A stretch of 64,000 nucleotides of DNA from Camelus dromedarius (taxonomy: Eukaryota): NCBI RefSeq assembly GCF_036321535.1, contig NC_087436.1, positions 23,004,001 through 23,068,000 of the forward strand, written 5' to 3'. This document shows positions 61,779-64,000 of the stretch, piece by piece. The notes beneath the pieces are model-generated. The model worked only from the letters and a program-made list of their open reading frames with translations. It made no database searches and was not told where the DNA came from. The first letter of the stretch is position 1. Every line of letters begins with the position of its first letter. Position numbers and translations under genes: made by a program.

Positions 61779-64000
61779 TGCAGAGAACTTTATGTATTTG
61801 ATTTACCCTTTACAATTAAACATCACTCTTTTACCTATAAGAAACTGAAGTGGAGAGCAGGCCAGGACCCTCTTCAAAAGTCATCCGTTGAGTAGGTGTC
61901 AGGCTGGGATGAGGGCTCTCGTCCCTCTCCGAAGCCCAGGGTCTTTCCCACACACTGGAATTTGTCAAGTGTTGTCTGAACTCCTGCTTGGGCTGTAACT
62001 ACCATGCAGACCCTGGCTCTACCCTAGGTATACTAAATCACAATTTTCAGGGGTGACTGAGAACAGTCCTCCTTACCAGGCTTCCTATGCAAGTTTTTCT
62101 AAAAACCAGAGCTGGAAAACATGTGCCACTCCCCCAGAATGTCCGCCCAAGGAGGACAAAACCTGGACGACTCCCACATCTTAAATGTCGTCTTACCCCA
62201 ACAGTCCGTTTAAATGTTGTCTGTACCTACCCCGATAATCAGTTTTATTCAGGGCTACCGGAATTGGAACATTCCCTTCAATCTAACTAACTTTACCTCT
62301 TTCTTGCCGACTGAGCTTTGAGAATTTCCCAACTGAACGCCTGAGGGTGGTTTTGTATGACTGGTCCCTGGGTGGGTCCTTCTTCACAGACCCCACACTG
62401 TCACTCGATGCCTGCGATAAAGATGACCACTGGTCCCTGGGACGCTGATCCCAAGGCCAAAAGGAAGTCCATAGAAAATACAAGTACATTTTTATTCAGT
62501 CCTGCCTTGTTTGTGATCTTGATGGAAGTTTAGCCCTGGAAGCCAGCATCGCTCCATGGGACAGAGGCCACAGTCTTTTTATTGTTATAGTAATCCCTCC
62601 TTTGCTCGTGAAAACTTGTGCACCTGACATGTAACCTGCACGCTGTGATGTAGGCATGCAATTACTTTGTAAGCATAAGCAGTAAGTCCAGAATTGCCCA
62701 CTGGCAAAAGGAACTGTTTTCTGTAGAGAAAATACTTTCACAGTCTGAGATATTAAAGCAAGTCCTTGATCCAGTAGAGCCAAAGATGAATTTGAAAAGA
62801 ATCACAATTGGTTTTCTCAGATATATAATTTTACTGAGGAAAGAGGTCTTTAGTGTCAACATTAACTGCTAAATGGGAAAGAATCAGGCAACAAGTTACA
62901 TTTTATAGTTCCTTTGGGTTCCTGGCAGCTAAGATCTGCAAAATAGCACTAATTAGTTGGTGGCGGCTAAGCAGCATTAACTTCCACCAAAGATAAAGTG
63001 TAGAAATTATGTTGGGGGAGCTTAACACTTGGGAGGGAGGTAATAATGGTAGGAACTCTGTCTTTCTTTGCTTTTCTTTTTTCTGTCTTGATAAACAATG
63101 AAAAGTTTGCAACCGTGACTTAACCCTCATGGTGTAGATCGCTAATTTCTTTGAGTCAAATATGTTTTTATTCTCCGAGACATGTTGTTGGGACTTTGCT
63201 TTTACAGTGATCGTGTCTGTGCTTACAATCTGCTCATCTTCCACTTCCCGGGCTCCCTCGGTGCCTGCATAGGCATCCCTTCTCCCCCTAGAGAAGCCCT
63301 AGCTCTATAAATGCAGCTGGCAAAAAGGAAACATTCTGATGCTGGAATTATAGTCAGTGTTTTCAGGAGAAAATATTCAAACAGTCTCAGAAATCCCAAC
63401 CAGCGCTCACTGTGTCCCCACTCACTCTCCCCCCTGCCCCCCGCCCCCTGCCCCCATTCCTCTCTAGGAGATTTGCTCTTAGGGGGCGTGGAAGAAAACC
63501 AAAGGCAACCTGGGAGTCACCGGGTTAAGGCACAGGATCAGCAGAGGTAAAGGACCCTCGCTGCTTTTTGCCAGGCTTATGGATCCGAGGGATGAGAGCT
63601 GCCCTCCCTGGGACTTCCCTGGAATTGAAGATGCTCCCATGAGACCTGTGGAGACTCAGCTCCACACCAGATGAGCGAGTTATACGCAATTTGGGGGCTC
63701 ATGGATTTTTCACCGCTCTGCTCCATATTTACCATTATTGACAAAGCATCCCACGTTACAGGAGACTTTAGAAATAGTCTCAGGCTGCTGTTCCTCTGTA
63801 GCAAAGTAACAGAAAATACTTGCAAGTAGGAAGAACAGGGGAAAAAAAGGAACATTGAAGACTACATGGTAGGACCTCTCCCAGGATAGAACACCTCCTG
63901 TTTGGGATGCAGGCTATTCTCCTGGCTGCAGATTCTTTAAAAATACAAGTTCAAAATGTTCATTGGCCGTGTGCTACTGGGAAACATGGACAAAGTGCTT

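Noticed and set aside
46404..64000. Terminal RNF150 coding exon
   Set aside because: I found no acceptor followed by the expected acidic C-terminal peptide; it presumably lies beyond the window.

Overview
Mammalian genomic DNA, most likely camelid judging by the tRNA-derived SINE type. It carries five internal coding exons of RNF150 (GRAIL/Goliath-family PA-TM-RING-H2 E3 ubiquitin ligase) on the + strand: 3439-3689, 12863-12934, 14917-14999, 39533-39629 and 46090-46300. All have AG/GT boundaries and splice into one open frame covering the PA C-terminus, transmembrane helix, RING-H2 and acidic tail. The first and last coding exons lie outside the window. The rest is intron with ordinary repeats (L1, L2, MIR, ERV1/ERVL/MaLR solo LTRs, a Tigger1 derivative, MER33-like elements, tRNA-derived SINEs, microsatellites). 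Most ORF-track entries are spurious. I see no new multi-gene system. The best leads are a candidate 24-nt in-frame microexon (27095-27118) that would insert 8 residues between two zinc ligands of the RING, possible intronic polyadenylation after exon 6, a competing in-frame donor in exon 3, and several atypical L1 integration structures. Repeat family names come from recalled consensus features, not a database search. Repeat boundaries without target-site duplications (TSDs) are approximate.
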